DNA from: a virus
Lineage: Duplodnaviria; Caudoviricetes
Direction: 5' to 3' (one strand)
Length of the DNA stretch: 54,244 bases
IMG/VR virus record: IMGVR_UViG_3300025646_000052
Coordinates: 1 to 54,244 of that record
Shown: positions 29,101 through 35,929 of the stretch, in pieces
Layout of the letters: each line of letters opens with the position of its first letter
Numbering within the stretch: position 1 is the first letter of the stretch
Made by a program: the position numbers and the translations under genes
Notes under the pieces: model-generated
What the model was told of the DNA's origin: nothing
What the model saw: the letters and a program-made list of their open reading frames with translations, nothing else
Databases searched by the model: none

Positions 29101-31688
29101 ACGGTAATAATGGTGGTTCAGGAATAAGCCGGACATCAGGTTCATCAGGTTCAACTGGTACAAATGGTACTTCAGGTAATAATGGTACTGCAGGTTCAAG
29201 TAGAACTTCAGGAAGTTCTGGTACAACTGGTTCCAATGGTACTTCAGGTAACAATGGTAACGCCGGCAATTCAGGTAATTCAGCTACTTCAGGCACTTCA
29301 GGCACTTCAGGTTCAAATGGTAATGCTGGAGCAGCAGGATCTTCTAACGTAAGTGCCACTTCAGGAACTTCTGGTACAAATGGTTCAAACGGTGCTGCTG
29401 GTAATGCTGGTTCATCTAACGTAAGTAATACATCAGGTACTTCAGGATCGAATGGCACATCAGGTAACTCAGGCAATGCAGGTAATTCAGGATTAAGCCG
29501 GACTTCTGGTACAAGTGGTTCAACAGGTACAAACGGTACTTCAGGAGCTAATGGAAACTCTGGTAATAGTGGTAACTCAGGTACTTCAGGTACAAATGGT
29601 TCAAGTGGTAACAATGGTAATGCTGGTAACTCAGGCAACTCAGGTACTTCAGGTACTTCAGGTACAAATGGTTCTAGTGGTAATGCCGGAGCAGCTGGCT
29701 CATCTAACATAAGTGCTACTTCAGGAACTTCAGGTACAAATGGTTCAACCGGAGCTGCCGGTAATGCTGGTTCATCCAACGTAAGTGCTACTTCAGGAAC
29801 CTCAGGCTCAAATGGTACTTCAGGTAACTCAGGAAACGCTGGTAACTCAGGATTAAGCCGTACTTCAGGAACCTCAGGTTCAACTGGTACTAATGGTACC
29901 TCAGGTAACAACGGTAACGCAGGCAATTCAGGTAACTCAGGTACTTCAGGTACAAATGGTTCAAGTGGTAACAATGGTAATGCTGGTAACTCAGGTAACT
30001 CAGGTACTTCAGGTACAAATGGTTCAAGTGGTAACTCAGGTAACTCAGGTAATTCTGGTAATTCAGGTACATCTGGTACTAATGGTTCAAACGGAGCTAA
30101 TGGTAACGCAGGCAATTCAGGTTTAAGCAGAACCTCAGGTACCACAGGTTCAAATGGTACCTCAGGTAACAATGGAGTCAATGGTAACTCAGGCAACTCA
30201 GGCAACTCAGGAACTTCTGGTACTAATGGTTCAACTGGTAACTCAGGCAACTCAGGCAACTCTGGTAATTCAGGTACATCTGGTACAAACGGTACTTCAG
30301 GTAATAATGGAGCTAGTGGCAACTCAGGCAACTCAGGCGTATCAGGAACAAATGGCACAACTGGTTCAAACGGTACCTCAGGTAATAATGGAGCTAACGG
30401 AAACTCAGGTAATTCAGGAGTTTCAGGTACAAATGGTACTAATGGTTCAAACGGTGCTAATGGTAATAACGGTAACTCAGGATTAAGCCGGACTTCAGGT
30501 ACTTCAGGTTCATCTGGTACAAATGGTAATAGTGGTAACACTGGAGCTTCTGGCATAAGCCGTACTTCAGGTACTAATGGCTCAAACGGTACCTCAGGTA
30601 ACAATGGTAACTCAGGCAACTCAGGTAACTCAGGTACTTCAGGCACAACAGGTTCATCAGGCAACTCAGGTAACTCAGGTAACTCAGGTAACTCAGGTAA
30701 CTCTGGAACTAATGGTACTTCTGGAACCTCAGGTGCTTCTTCAGGTTCTTCAGGTACTAGCCGGACTTCAGGTACAAGTGGTACAAATGGTACTTCAGGT
30801 GCTTCAGCTACTACTTCAGGTACTAGTGGTAACTCAACAGGCAAAACTTCAGGAACTTCAGGTACAAATGGTACCTCTGGTAACAATGGTAATGCAGGTA
30901 ACTCAGGTAACTCAGCAGTTTCAGGAAATTCAGGCACATCTGGTAGTAATGGTACTAATGGCAACAACGGTAACTCAGGCAACTCTGGTAATTCAGGTAC
31001 ATCTGGTACAACTGGTTCAAGTGGTACTTCAGGTGCTAATGGTAACGCAGGTGGTTCAGGCAGTTCACGCTCATCAGGTACTTCAGGTACAAATGGTACA
31101 AGTGGTATCTCAGGTAATGTAGGTACAGCAGGTACTTATGTATCAATTACAGCCGGTTCTGGTCTATCAGGTGGTGGTTCATTGATTACTGACCGGACTA
31201 TATCACTCCAAGATGACTTAAGAGGTGAAGCTTGGTATATTGGTAGAGATACTAATGATTATATCCACGTTAACACTACTCAAATTGAATTCTACTTAGA
31301 TGGTAACTTAGATGCCTTAATTCAAAATGATGGTGATTTCCACGCTGACGGTGACGTAATTGCTTACTCTACTACAACTTCAGATAGAAGATTAAAAGAC
31401 AATATCACAACTATTGAAAACGCTTTAGATAAAGTTACTAAACTTAGAGGTGTTGAATATGATTGGAATGCGGGTGGTAGAAAAGGACAACATGACTTAG
31501 GTGTAATAGCCCAAGAAGTTGAAGAAATTATCCCTCACATTGTAAGAGAAAAAGAACTTAAAGTAGGAGAGTATAAAAACAACCCTCAAATAGTTAAAAC
31601 TGTTGATTATGAAAAATTAACTGCAGTATTAATAGAAGCAGTTAAAGAACTTAAAACACAGCTTGATGAATTAAAAAATAGTAAATAA
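23145..31688 (+). CDS. Giant Gly-X-Y Ser/Thr/Asn-rich fibre protein with C-terminal peptidase S74-type intramolecular chaperone
   Basis: 2847 aa; about 2640 aa of triplet periodicity (GSS/GTS/GNS); fibre motif AGSGLSGGGSLITDRT; SDRRLKDNI...GVIAQEV...VDYEKL..VLIEAVKEL at 31380-31688. Confidence 0.85.
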   Translation: MANIRYLDQVTVGPSVTSISGESTTSGTSGTAGSSGTTGSSGTSGYSGSAGTSGITGSSGQSGSTSGTSGSGGSSGTSGAVGSSGESSTSGSSGESGTSGTSGSSGESGTSGSSGEFGTSGSSGSSGSSGSLGSSGSSGSSGSSGSSGSSGSSGTSGLSGFSGSSGSSGSSGSSGSSGSSGSSGSSGSSGSSGSSGSSGSSGSSGADGSSGESGTSGSSGVAGSSGTSGSSGSNGSSGTSGESGTSGLSGSTGSNGTSGNTGTSGQSAQSSTSGSSGSSGTTGSTGAAGTSGEAATSGSAGSSGTNGTSGNLGSSGASAQSGTSGSSGTVGSTGAAGTSGLSGSSGSSGSTGESGTSGISGTSGESNSSGTNGSSGNSGTSGESGTSGSAGSSGTIGSSGTGAGSGSSGTSGSSGESATSGSSGSSGLAGTSGALGSSGESAQSGTSGSTGSNGTSGNTGTSGQSAQSSTSGSSGSSGTTGSTGASGTSGESGTSGLSGSTGSNGTSGNTGTSGQSAQSSTSGSSGSSGTTGSSGESGTSGESGTSGLSGSTGSNGTSGNTGTSGQSAQSSTSGSSGSSGTTGSSGESGTSGESGSSGTSGSTGESGTSGNNATSGLSGSSGTVGSTGESGTSGESGTSGSAGSSGTIGSSGTGAGAGTSGESGSSGESATSGSAGSSGSAGTSGDLGSSGASAQSGTSGSTGSNGTSGNTGTSGQSAQSSTSGSSGTSGTTGSTGIASTSGEAGSSGSSGSSGTQGSTGAAGTSGESTTSGTSGSSGTVGSTGAAGTSGEAATSGTSGSSGTIGSSGTGAGAGTSGESGSSGESATSGSSGSSGTNGTSGNIGSSGASAQSGTSGSTGSNGTSGNTGTSGQSAQSGTSGSSGSSGTTGSTGAAGTSGEAATSGSSGSSGTQGSTGAAGTSGESTTSGTSGSSGTVGSTGAAGTSGEAATSGSSGSSGTIGSSGTGAGSGTSGISGSSGESATSGSSGSTGTNGTSGNVGSSGASAQSGTSGSTGSNGTSGNTGTSGQSAQSSTSGSSGSSGTTGSTGAAGTSGDSATSGSSGSSGTQGSTGAAGTSGEASTSGTSGSSGTQGSTGAAGTSGEAATSGSSGSSGTQGSTGAAGTSGDSLTSGTSGSSGTVGSTGAAGTSGDSSTSGSSGTTGSTGTSGVGSGSGSSGESGTSGSSGLAGTSGSTGSNGTSGNNGTSGLSNTSGSSGSTGSNGTSGNNGTSGASATSGSSGSTGTNGTSGNVGSSGASAQSGTSGSTGSNGTSGNTGTSGQSAQSSTSGSSGTSGTTGSTGAAGTSGESTTSGSSGSSGTQGSTGAAGTSGASATSGSSGSTGTNGTSGNVGTSGASALSGSSGSTGSNGTSGNTGTSGQSAQSSTSGSSGSSGTTGSTGAAGTSGASATSGSSGSTGTNGTTGNAGTAGQSGLSKSSGTSGSSGTTGSTGAAGSSNLSATSGTSGSSGTQGSTGNAGTSGEAATSGSSGSTGTNGTSGNAGTSGLSALSGSSGSTGTNGTTGNAGTAGQSGLSKSSGTSGSSGTTGSAGAAGQSNLSATSGTSGSSGTQGSTGNAGTSGEAATSGSSGSTGSNGTSGNNGTSGASATSGSSGSTGTNGTTGNAGTAGQSGLSKSSGTSGSSGTTGSAGAAGGSNLSATSGTSGSSGTQGSTGAAGTSGAATTSGSSGSTGSNGTSGNNSTSGASATSGSSGSTGTNGTTGNAGTAGQSGLSKSSGTSGSSGTTGSIGAAGQSNLSASSGTSGSSGTTGSAGNAGGSNLSATSGTSGSSGTTGSAGAAGQSNLSATSGTSGSTGTNGTSGNAGNSGNSGTSGTSGTTGSNGNSGNAGNSGNSGTSGTSGTNGSNGNAGNSGNSATSGTSGSTGTNGSNGNNGGSGLSRTSGSSGSSGTNGTSGNNGTAGASANSGTSGSTGTNGTTGNAGTAGQSGLSKSSGTSGSSGTTGSAGAAGGSNLSATSGTSGSSGTTGSNGNNGGSGISRTSGSSGSTGTNGTSGNNGTAGSSRTSGSSGTTGSNGTSGNNGNAGNSGNSATSGTSGTSGSNGNAGAAGSSNVSATSGTSGTNGSNGAAGNAGSSNVSNTSGTSGSNGTSGNSGNAGNSGLSRTSGTSGSTGTNGTSGANGNSGNSGNSGTSGTNGSSGNNGNAGNSGNSGTSGTSGTNGSSGNAGAAGSSNISATSGTSGTNGSTGAAGNAGSSNVSATSGTSGSNGTSGNSGNAGNSGLSRTSGTSGSTGTNGTSGNNGNAGNSGNSGTSGTNGSSGNNGNAGNSGNSGTSGTNGSSGNSGNSGNSGNSGTSGTNGSNGANGNAGNSGLSRTSGTTGSNGTSGNNGVNGNSGNSGNSGTSGTNGSTGNSGNSGNSGNSGTSGTNGTSGNNGASGNSGNSGVSGTNGTTGSNGTSGNNGANGNSGNSGVSGTNGTNGSNGANGNNGNSGLSRTSGTSGSSGTNGNSGNTGASGISRTSGTNGSNGTSGNNGNSGNSGNSGTSGTTGSSGNSGNSGNSGNSGNSGTNGTSGTSGASSGSSGTSRTSGTSGTNGTSGASATTSGTSGNSTGKTSGTSGTNGTSGNNGNAGNSGNSAVSGNSGTSGSNGTNGNNGNSGNSGNSGTSGTTGSSGTSGANGNAGGSGSSRSSGTSGTNGTSGISGNVGTAGTYVSITAGSGLSGGGSLITDRTISLQDDLRGEAWYIGRDTNDYIHVNTTQIEFYLDGNLDALIQNDGDFHADGDVIAYSTTTSDRRLKDNITTIENALDKVTKLRGVEYDWNAGGRKGQHDLGVIAQEVEEIIPHIVREKELKVGEYKNNPQIVKTVDYEKLTAVLIEAVKELKTQLDELKNSK
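23220..31140 (+). repeat. Coding 9-nt periodic low-complexity array with higher-order units (153, 297, 468 nt)
   Basis: Recurring GGTTCATCA/GGTACTTCA/GGTAACTCA. Near-identical blocks start at 24615/24768, 25081/25549/26017 and 27517/27814/28111. Confidence 0.9.
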
Positions 31689-31711
31689 ATTAAAATTCAT
31701 CTTATATAGTT

Positions 31712-31733
31712 AAAGGGGTGTATGCCCCTTTTT
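31712..31733 (+). terminator. Rho-independent terminator
   Basis: AAAGGGGT-GTAT-GCCCCTTT plus T-run. Confidence 0.7.
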
Positions 31734-31751
31734 CTATTCATAGACCCTAAA

Positions 31752-31760
31752 ATATTTATT
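31752..31760 (+). promoter_or_regulatory. Putative late promoter motif ATATTTATT
   Basis: After a terminator, before giant repeat gene 2. Confidence 0.55.
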
Positions 31761-31786
31761 ACAAAACACGGGAATTCCTCTATATA

Positions 31787-34700
31787 ATGGGTGAAAATAA
31801 AAGATATACTGTCCAGAAAAAACAAGACTCAGGTCAAGATAATAAGGTTATAAATGACCTATTTTTACTATCAGTTCCCACTGGTTCTGTTGAAGACTAT
31901 GCTTTAGTAATTAATCCTAATTCAAAGCAAGTTAGATACGTTATAGGAGGAGTAAGTGGTGGTGGAGGTGGAAGCAGTAGTGGTAGCTCAGGAGGTTCCA
32001 CATCAGGTAGTGCAGGCACCTCAGGCTCATCTGGTAGATCATCAGGTACTTCAGGTTCATCTGGCTCTACAGGTAAAACAGGTAGTTCTGGTATAACAGG
32101 TACTTCAGGTAGTTCAGGAGCATCAAGTGGCTCTTCAGGTTCTTCTGGTTCATCGGGTTCAACAGGTTCATCGGGTTCTTCAGGCTCAACAGGTTCATCA
32201 GGCAACTCAGGTAACTCCGGTTTAAGCCGCTCTGCAGGCTCATCTGGTTCTTCGGGTTCATCAGGTACTTCTGGTGTAGGTGGCTTATCAGGCACTTCAG
32301 GCTCATCTGGCTCTTCAGGCTCAGCCGGTTCTACTGGTTCTTCTGGTAACTCAGGTAACTCCGGTTTAAGTCGTTCATCAGGTAGTTCAGGCTCCTCAGG
32401 CTCATCAGGTACTTCTGGTGTAGGTGGCTTATCAAGCACTTCAGGCTCATCTGGTTCTTCAGGTTCCTCAGGTTCTTCAGGTAATACAGGTACATCAGGT
32501 TTAAGTCGCTCTTCTGGTTCATCAGGTTCAAGTGGTTCTTCAGGTACTTCAGGTGTAGGAGGATTATCTAGTACCTCAGGCTCATCTGGTTCTTCAGGTT
32601 CCTCAGGTTCTTCAGGTAATACAGGTACATCAGGTTTAAGTCGCTCTTCTGGTTCATCAGGTTCAAGTGGTTCTTCAGGTACTTCAGGTGTAGGTGGGCT
32701 ATCAAGCACTTCAGGCTCCTCAGGCTCATCTGGTTCAGCAGGTTCTTCAGGTAATACAGGTACATCAGGTTTAAGCCGCTCTTCTGGTTCATCAGGTTCA
32801 AGTGGATCATCAGGTACTTCTGGTGTAGGTGGGCTATCAAGCACTTCAGGCTCCTCAGGCTCATCTGGTTCAGCAGGTTCTTCAGGTAATACAGGTACAT
32901 CAGGTTTAAGCCGCTCTTCTGGTTCATCAGGTTCAAGTGGATCATCAGGTACTTCTGGTGTAAATGGTTTATCAAGTACTTCAGGCTCATCAGGCTCAGC
33001 AGGTTCAACAGGCTCATCAGGTAACTCAGGTAACTCAGGTTTAAGCCGCTCTTCTGGTTCATCAGGTTCAAGTGGATCATCAGGTACTTCTGGTGTAGGT
33101 GGTTTATCTGGTACTTCTGGCTCATCAGGTTCGTCTGGTTCAGCAGGTTCTACTGGTTCTTCTGGTAACTCAGGTAACTCAGGTTTAAGCCGTTCAGCAG
33201 GTAGTTCAGGCTCCTCAGGCTCATCAGGTACTTCTGGTGTAGGTGGGCTATCAGGTACCTCAGGCTCATCAGGCTCAGCAGGTTCAACAGGCTCATCAGG
33301 TAACTCAGGTAACTCAGGTTTAAGTCGTTCAGCAGGTTCATCTGGTTCTTCGGGCTCATCAGGTACTTCTGGTGTAGGTGGTTTATCTGGTACTTCTGGC
33401 TTATCAGGTTCGTCTGGTTCAGCAGGTTCTACTGGTTCTTCTGGTAACTCAGGTAACTCAGGTTTAAGCCGTTCATCAGGAACATCTGGTTCTTCAGGTT
33501 CTTCAGGTACTTCAGGCGTAGGAGGATTATCAGGTACTACAGGCTCAAATGGTTCAAGTGGTAATTCAGGTGAGTCTGGTAATTCGGGTACAACTGGTTC
33601 AAATGGATCTAGTGGCAATGCTGGTAACTCAGGTAAAGCAGGTTCTTCAGGTTCATCAGGTAGTTCAGGTTCTTCAGGTACTTCAGGTGTTGGTGGACTA
33701 TCAAGCACTTCAGGCTCTTCAGGTTCTTCAGGATCATCTGGTTCATCAGGTAATACTGGTACTTCTGGTATAAGTCGCTCTTCAGGCTCATCAGGTTCTT
33801 CGGGTTCATCAGGTAATACAGGTACATCAGGTTTAAGCCAGAGCTCAGGTTCTTCAGGTAGTTCAGGTTCATCAGGTAATACAGGTAACTCCGGTTTAAG
33901 TCGTTCAGCAGGTTCATCTGGTTCTTCGGGCTCATCAGGTACTTCTGGTGTAGGTGGTTTATCTGGTACTTCTGGCTCATCAGGTTCGTCTGGTTCAGCA
34001 GGTTCTACTGGCTCCTCTGGTAACTCAGGTAAAGCAGGTTTAAGCCGTTCATCAGGAACATCTGGTTCTTCAGGTTCAGCAGGTAATACAGGTACATCAG
34101 GTTTAAGCCAGAGCTCAGGTTCTTCAGGTAGTTCAGGTTCATCAGGTAATACAGGTACATCAGGTTTAAGCCAGAGCTCAGGTTCTTCAGGTAGTTCAGG
34201 TTCATCAGGTACTTCAGGCGTAGGAGGATTATCAGGTACTACTGGCTCAAATGGATCTAGTGGCAACTCAGGCAACTCAGGCAATTCAGGTACTACTGGC
34301 TCAAATGGATCTAGTGGTAACTCAGGTAACTCAGGTAAGTCTGGATCATCAGGTTCATCTGGTACAAGTGGATCAAGTGGTACTTCAGGTGTAAGTGGTC
34401 TTTCAGCGGTTTCAGGTACTACAGGTTCTTCTGGCTCAGCAGGTGCTACAGGTAACTCAGGAAAATCAGGTCAATCTGGTACAACAGGTTCTAATGGTTC
34501 AAGTGGTAATTCCGGTAACTCAGGTAACTCAGGTAATTCAGGTACTACTGGTTCAAATGGTTCAAGCGGTAACTCAGGTAACTCAGGTAACTCAGGTACA
34601 ACAGGTTCCAATGGCTCAAGTGGCAACTCAGGTAACTCAGGTAATTCAGGTACTACTGGTTCAAACGGCTCAAATGGTAATTCTGGTAATTCCGGCAACT

Positions 34701-35746
34701 CAGGCAAGTCTGGATCATCAGGTTCATCAGGAACTTCAGGTTCATCAGGAACATCAGGTGTAAGTGGCCTTTCAGCTGTTTCAGGTACTACAGGTTCTTC
34801 TGGCTCAGCAGGTGCTACAGGTAACTCAGGAAAATCTGGTAATTCAGGCACAACAGGTTCAAACGGCTCAAATGGTAATGCCGGTAACTCAGGTAACTCA
34901 GGCAACTCAGGTACTACAGGCTCTAATGGTTCAAGCGGTAACAATGGTAACTCAGGTAACTCAGGCAACTCAGGTACTACAGGCTCTAATGGTTCAAGCG
35001 GTAACAATGGTAACTCAGGTAAATCAGGCAATTCAGGAACTACAGGTTCAAATGGATCTAGTGGTAACGCTGGTAATTCTGGCCCTAGTGGTTCTTCAGG
35101 TAGTTCAGGTACAGCAGGTAAAGCTGGATCATCAGGTAGTTCTGGCACTTCAGGTGTATCTGGTATTTCAGGTAATATAGGTACAGCAGGTACTTACGTA
35201 TCTATAGTAGCAGGTACGGGTTTAAATGGAGGAGGATCATTAAGTACTGATAGAACTGTAAACGTAAACTGGGCAGGTTCTACTGTAGGTGGTATTACAA
35301 CTTATGGTAAATCTGGAGATCCTACGGTTTATTCTAATTTTTATTATGATACTACTAATGGTAATGTTGTATTAACTGGTAGCACTTTCTTAGCAGTTAA
35401 TTACACAGCAGCCCCACTTCACCATGTAACAGTTTCAGGTTCAATATCTATTACAGGATCTAACGTACCCGCAGCTTCTTTAAGATTCCAAGATACAGGA
35501 GGAACTTCTCGTAATGCTTTATATGTTAATAGTACAAACTATTTAGAAGTAGGTAACCAATTTTATACAGGTTTAAAGTTAATTCATAGTGGATCTTATG
35601 GTAGTGCTTATACTCCTGGTGGTAGAAATGGAGTTAGTGATATTATTGGAGCAACAGCTGATGATAATGTATTAGGTACCCCAGATAGCTGGTTAGCCGT
35701 TAGAGTAGGAGCAACAGACTATGTAATTCCAATGTATACAGCATGA
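31787..35746 (+). CDS. Second Gly-X-Y Ser-rich fibre-like protein
   Basis: 1319 aa; about 1070 aa of GSS/GTS/GNS triplets; AGTGLNGGGSLSTDRT junction; beta-rich tip ending WLAVRVGATDYVIPMYTA. Confidence 0.8.
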   Translation: MGENKRYTVQKKQDSGQDNKVINDLFLLSVPTGSVEDYALVINPNSKQVRYVIGGVSGGGGGSSSGSSGGSTSGSAGTSGSSGRSSGTSGSSGSTGKTGSSGITGTSGSSGASSGSSGSSGSSGSTGSSGSSGSTGSSGNSGNSGLSRSAGSSGSSGSSGTSGVGGLSGTSGSSGSSGSAGSTGSSGNSGNSGLSRSSGSSGSSGSSGTSGVGGLSSTSGSSGSSGSSGSSGNTGTSGLSRSSGSSGSSGSSGTSGVGGLSSTSGSSGSSGSSGSSGNTGTSGLSRSSGSSGSSGSSGTSGVGGLSSTSGSSGSSGSAGSSGNTGTSGLSRSSGSSGSSGSSGTSGVGGLSSTSGSSGSSGSAGSSGNTGTSGLSRSSGSSGSSGSSGTSGVNGLSSTSGSSGSAGSTGSSGNSGNSGLSRSSGSSGSSGSSGTSGVGGLSGTSGSSGSSGSAGSTGSSGNSGNSGLSRSAGSSGSSGSSGTSGVGGLSGTSGSSGSAGSTGSSGNSGNSGLSRSAGSSGSSGSSGTSGVGGLSGTSGLSGSSGSAGSTGSSGNSGNSGLSRSSGTSGSSGSSGTSGVGGLSGTTGSNGSSGNSGESGNSGTTGSNGSSGNAGNSGKAGSSGSSGSSGSSGTSGVGGLSSTSGSSGSSGSSGSSGNTGTSGISRSSGSSGSSGSSGNTGTSGLSQSSGSSGSSGSSGNTGNSGLSRSAGSSGSSGSSGTSGVGGLSGTSGSSGSSGSAGSTGSSGNSGKAGLSRSSGTSGSSGSAGNTGTSGLSQSSGSSGSSGSSGNTGTSGLSQSSGSSGSSGSSGTSGVGGLSGTTGSNGSSGNSGNSGNSGTTGSNGSSGNSGNSGKSGSSGSSGTSGSSGTSGVSGLSAVSGTTGSSGSAGATGNSGKSGQSGTTGSNGSSGNSGNSGNSGNSGTTGSNGSSGNSGNSGNSGTTGSNGSSGNSGNSGNSGTTGSNGSNGNSGNSGNSGKSGSSGSSGTSGSSGTSGVSGLSAVSGTTGSSGSAGATGNSGKSGNSGTTGSNGSNGNAGNSGNSGNSGTTGSNGSSGNNGNSGNSGNSGTTGSNGSSGNNGNSGKSGNSGTTGSNGSSGNAGNSGPSGSSGSSGTAGKAGSSGSSGTSGVSGISGNIGTAGTYVSIVAGTGLNGGGSLSTDRTVNVNWAGSTVGGITTYGKSGDPTVYSNFYYDTTNGNVVLTGSTFLAVNYTAAPLHHVTVSGSISITGSNVPAASLRFQDTGGTSRNALYVNSTNYLEVGNQFYTGLKLIHSGSYGSAYTPGGRNGVSDIIGATADDNVLGTPDSWLAVRVGATDYVIPMYTA
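31975..35190 (+). repeat. Coding 9-nt periodic array including four 135-nt tandem units
   Basis: GTAATACAGGTACATCAGGTTTAAG recurs at 32481, 32616, 32751 and 32886. Confidence 0.9.
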
Positions 35747-35895
35747 TACCTTTAACCCCTGAATTAGAAAATAAAATAAAAGCTAGTGGAGGTAATATTC
35801 ATTATGTTACTTTAGAAGAATTTCAACAAATATTATCTAAGGGAACACTTTTATCTAAAGAAGAAGGATTAAAACAACTTGGCAAATCAAAATAA
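35743..35895 (+). CDS. Unannotated 50-aa protein
   Basis: MIPLTPELENKIKASGGNIHYVTLEEFQQILSKGTLLSKEEGLKQLGKSK; ATGA overlap with the fibre 2 stop; fills the intergenic gap. Confidence 0.65.
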   Translation: MIPLTPELENKIKASGGNIHYVTLEEFQQILSKGTLLSKEEGLKQLGKSK

Positions 35896-35907
35896 AGTTA
35901 TTAAATT
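35879..35907 (+). promoter_or_regulatory. Putative -35/-10-type promoter TTGGCA-N17-TAAATT
   Basis: 22 nt upstream of the first glycosyltransferase ATG; same spacing as the 4947 and 43773 sites. Confidence 0.4.
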
Positions 35908-35929
35908 AGTTATAAACTAAAACAAGTCT

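Noticed and set aside
23203-35180. Many antisense Pro/Glu/Leu-rich ORFs (e.g. 28538-30982, 31897-34284) and off-frame Val/Gln/Leu or Met/Asn/Leu ORFs
   Set aside because: These are predictable shadows of the GGT-TCA-ACT codon repeats, which lack stops in some alternative frames. They have no independent expression signals.
23220-35190. Possible CRISPR array or satellite DNA
   Set aside because: Repeats are in-frame codon-level periodicities with synonymous variation and no constant repeat plus unique spacer structure.
31104-35257. Diversity-generating retroelement template/variable repeat pair
   Set aside because: Differences between the two junction copies are mostly synonymous and not adenine-specific, and no reverse transcriptase is in the window.
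23145-35746. Bacterial ice-nucleation protein
   Set aside because: Lacks the AGYGST-type 8/16/48-residue periodicity; the period is 3 and the C-terminus is fibre-like. Ice binding through a polyglycine-II fold cannot be excluded but is unsupported.
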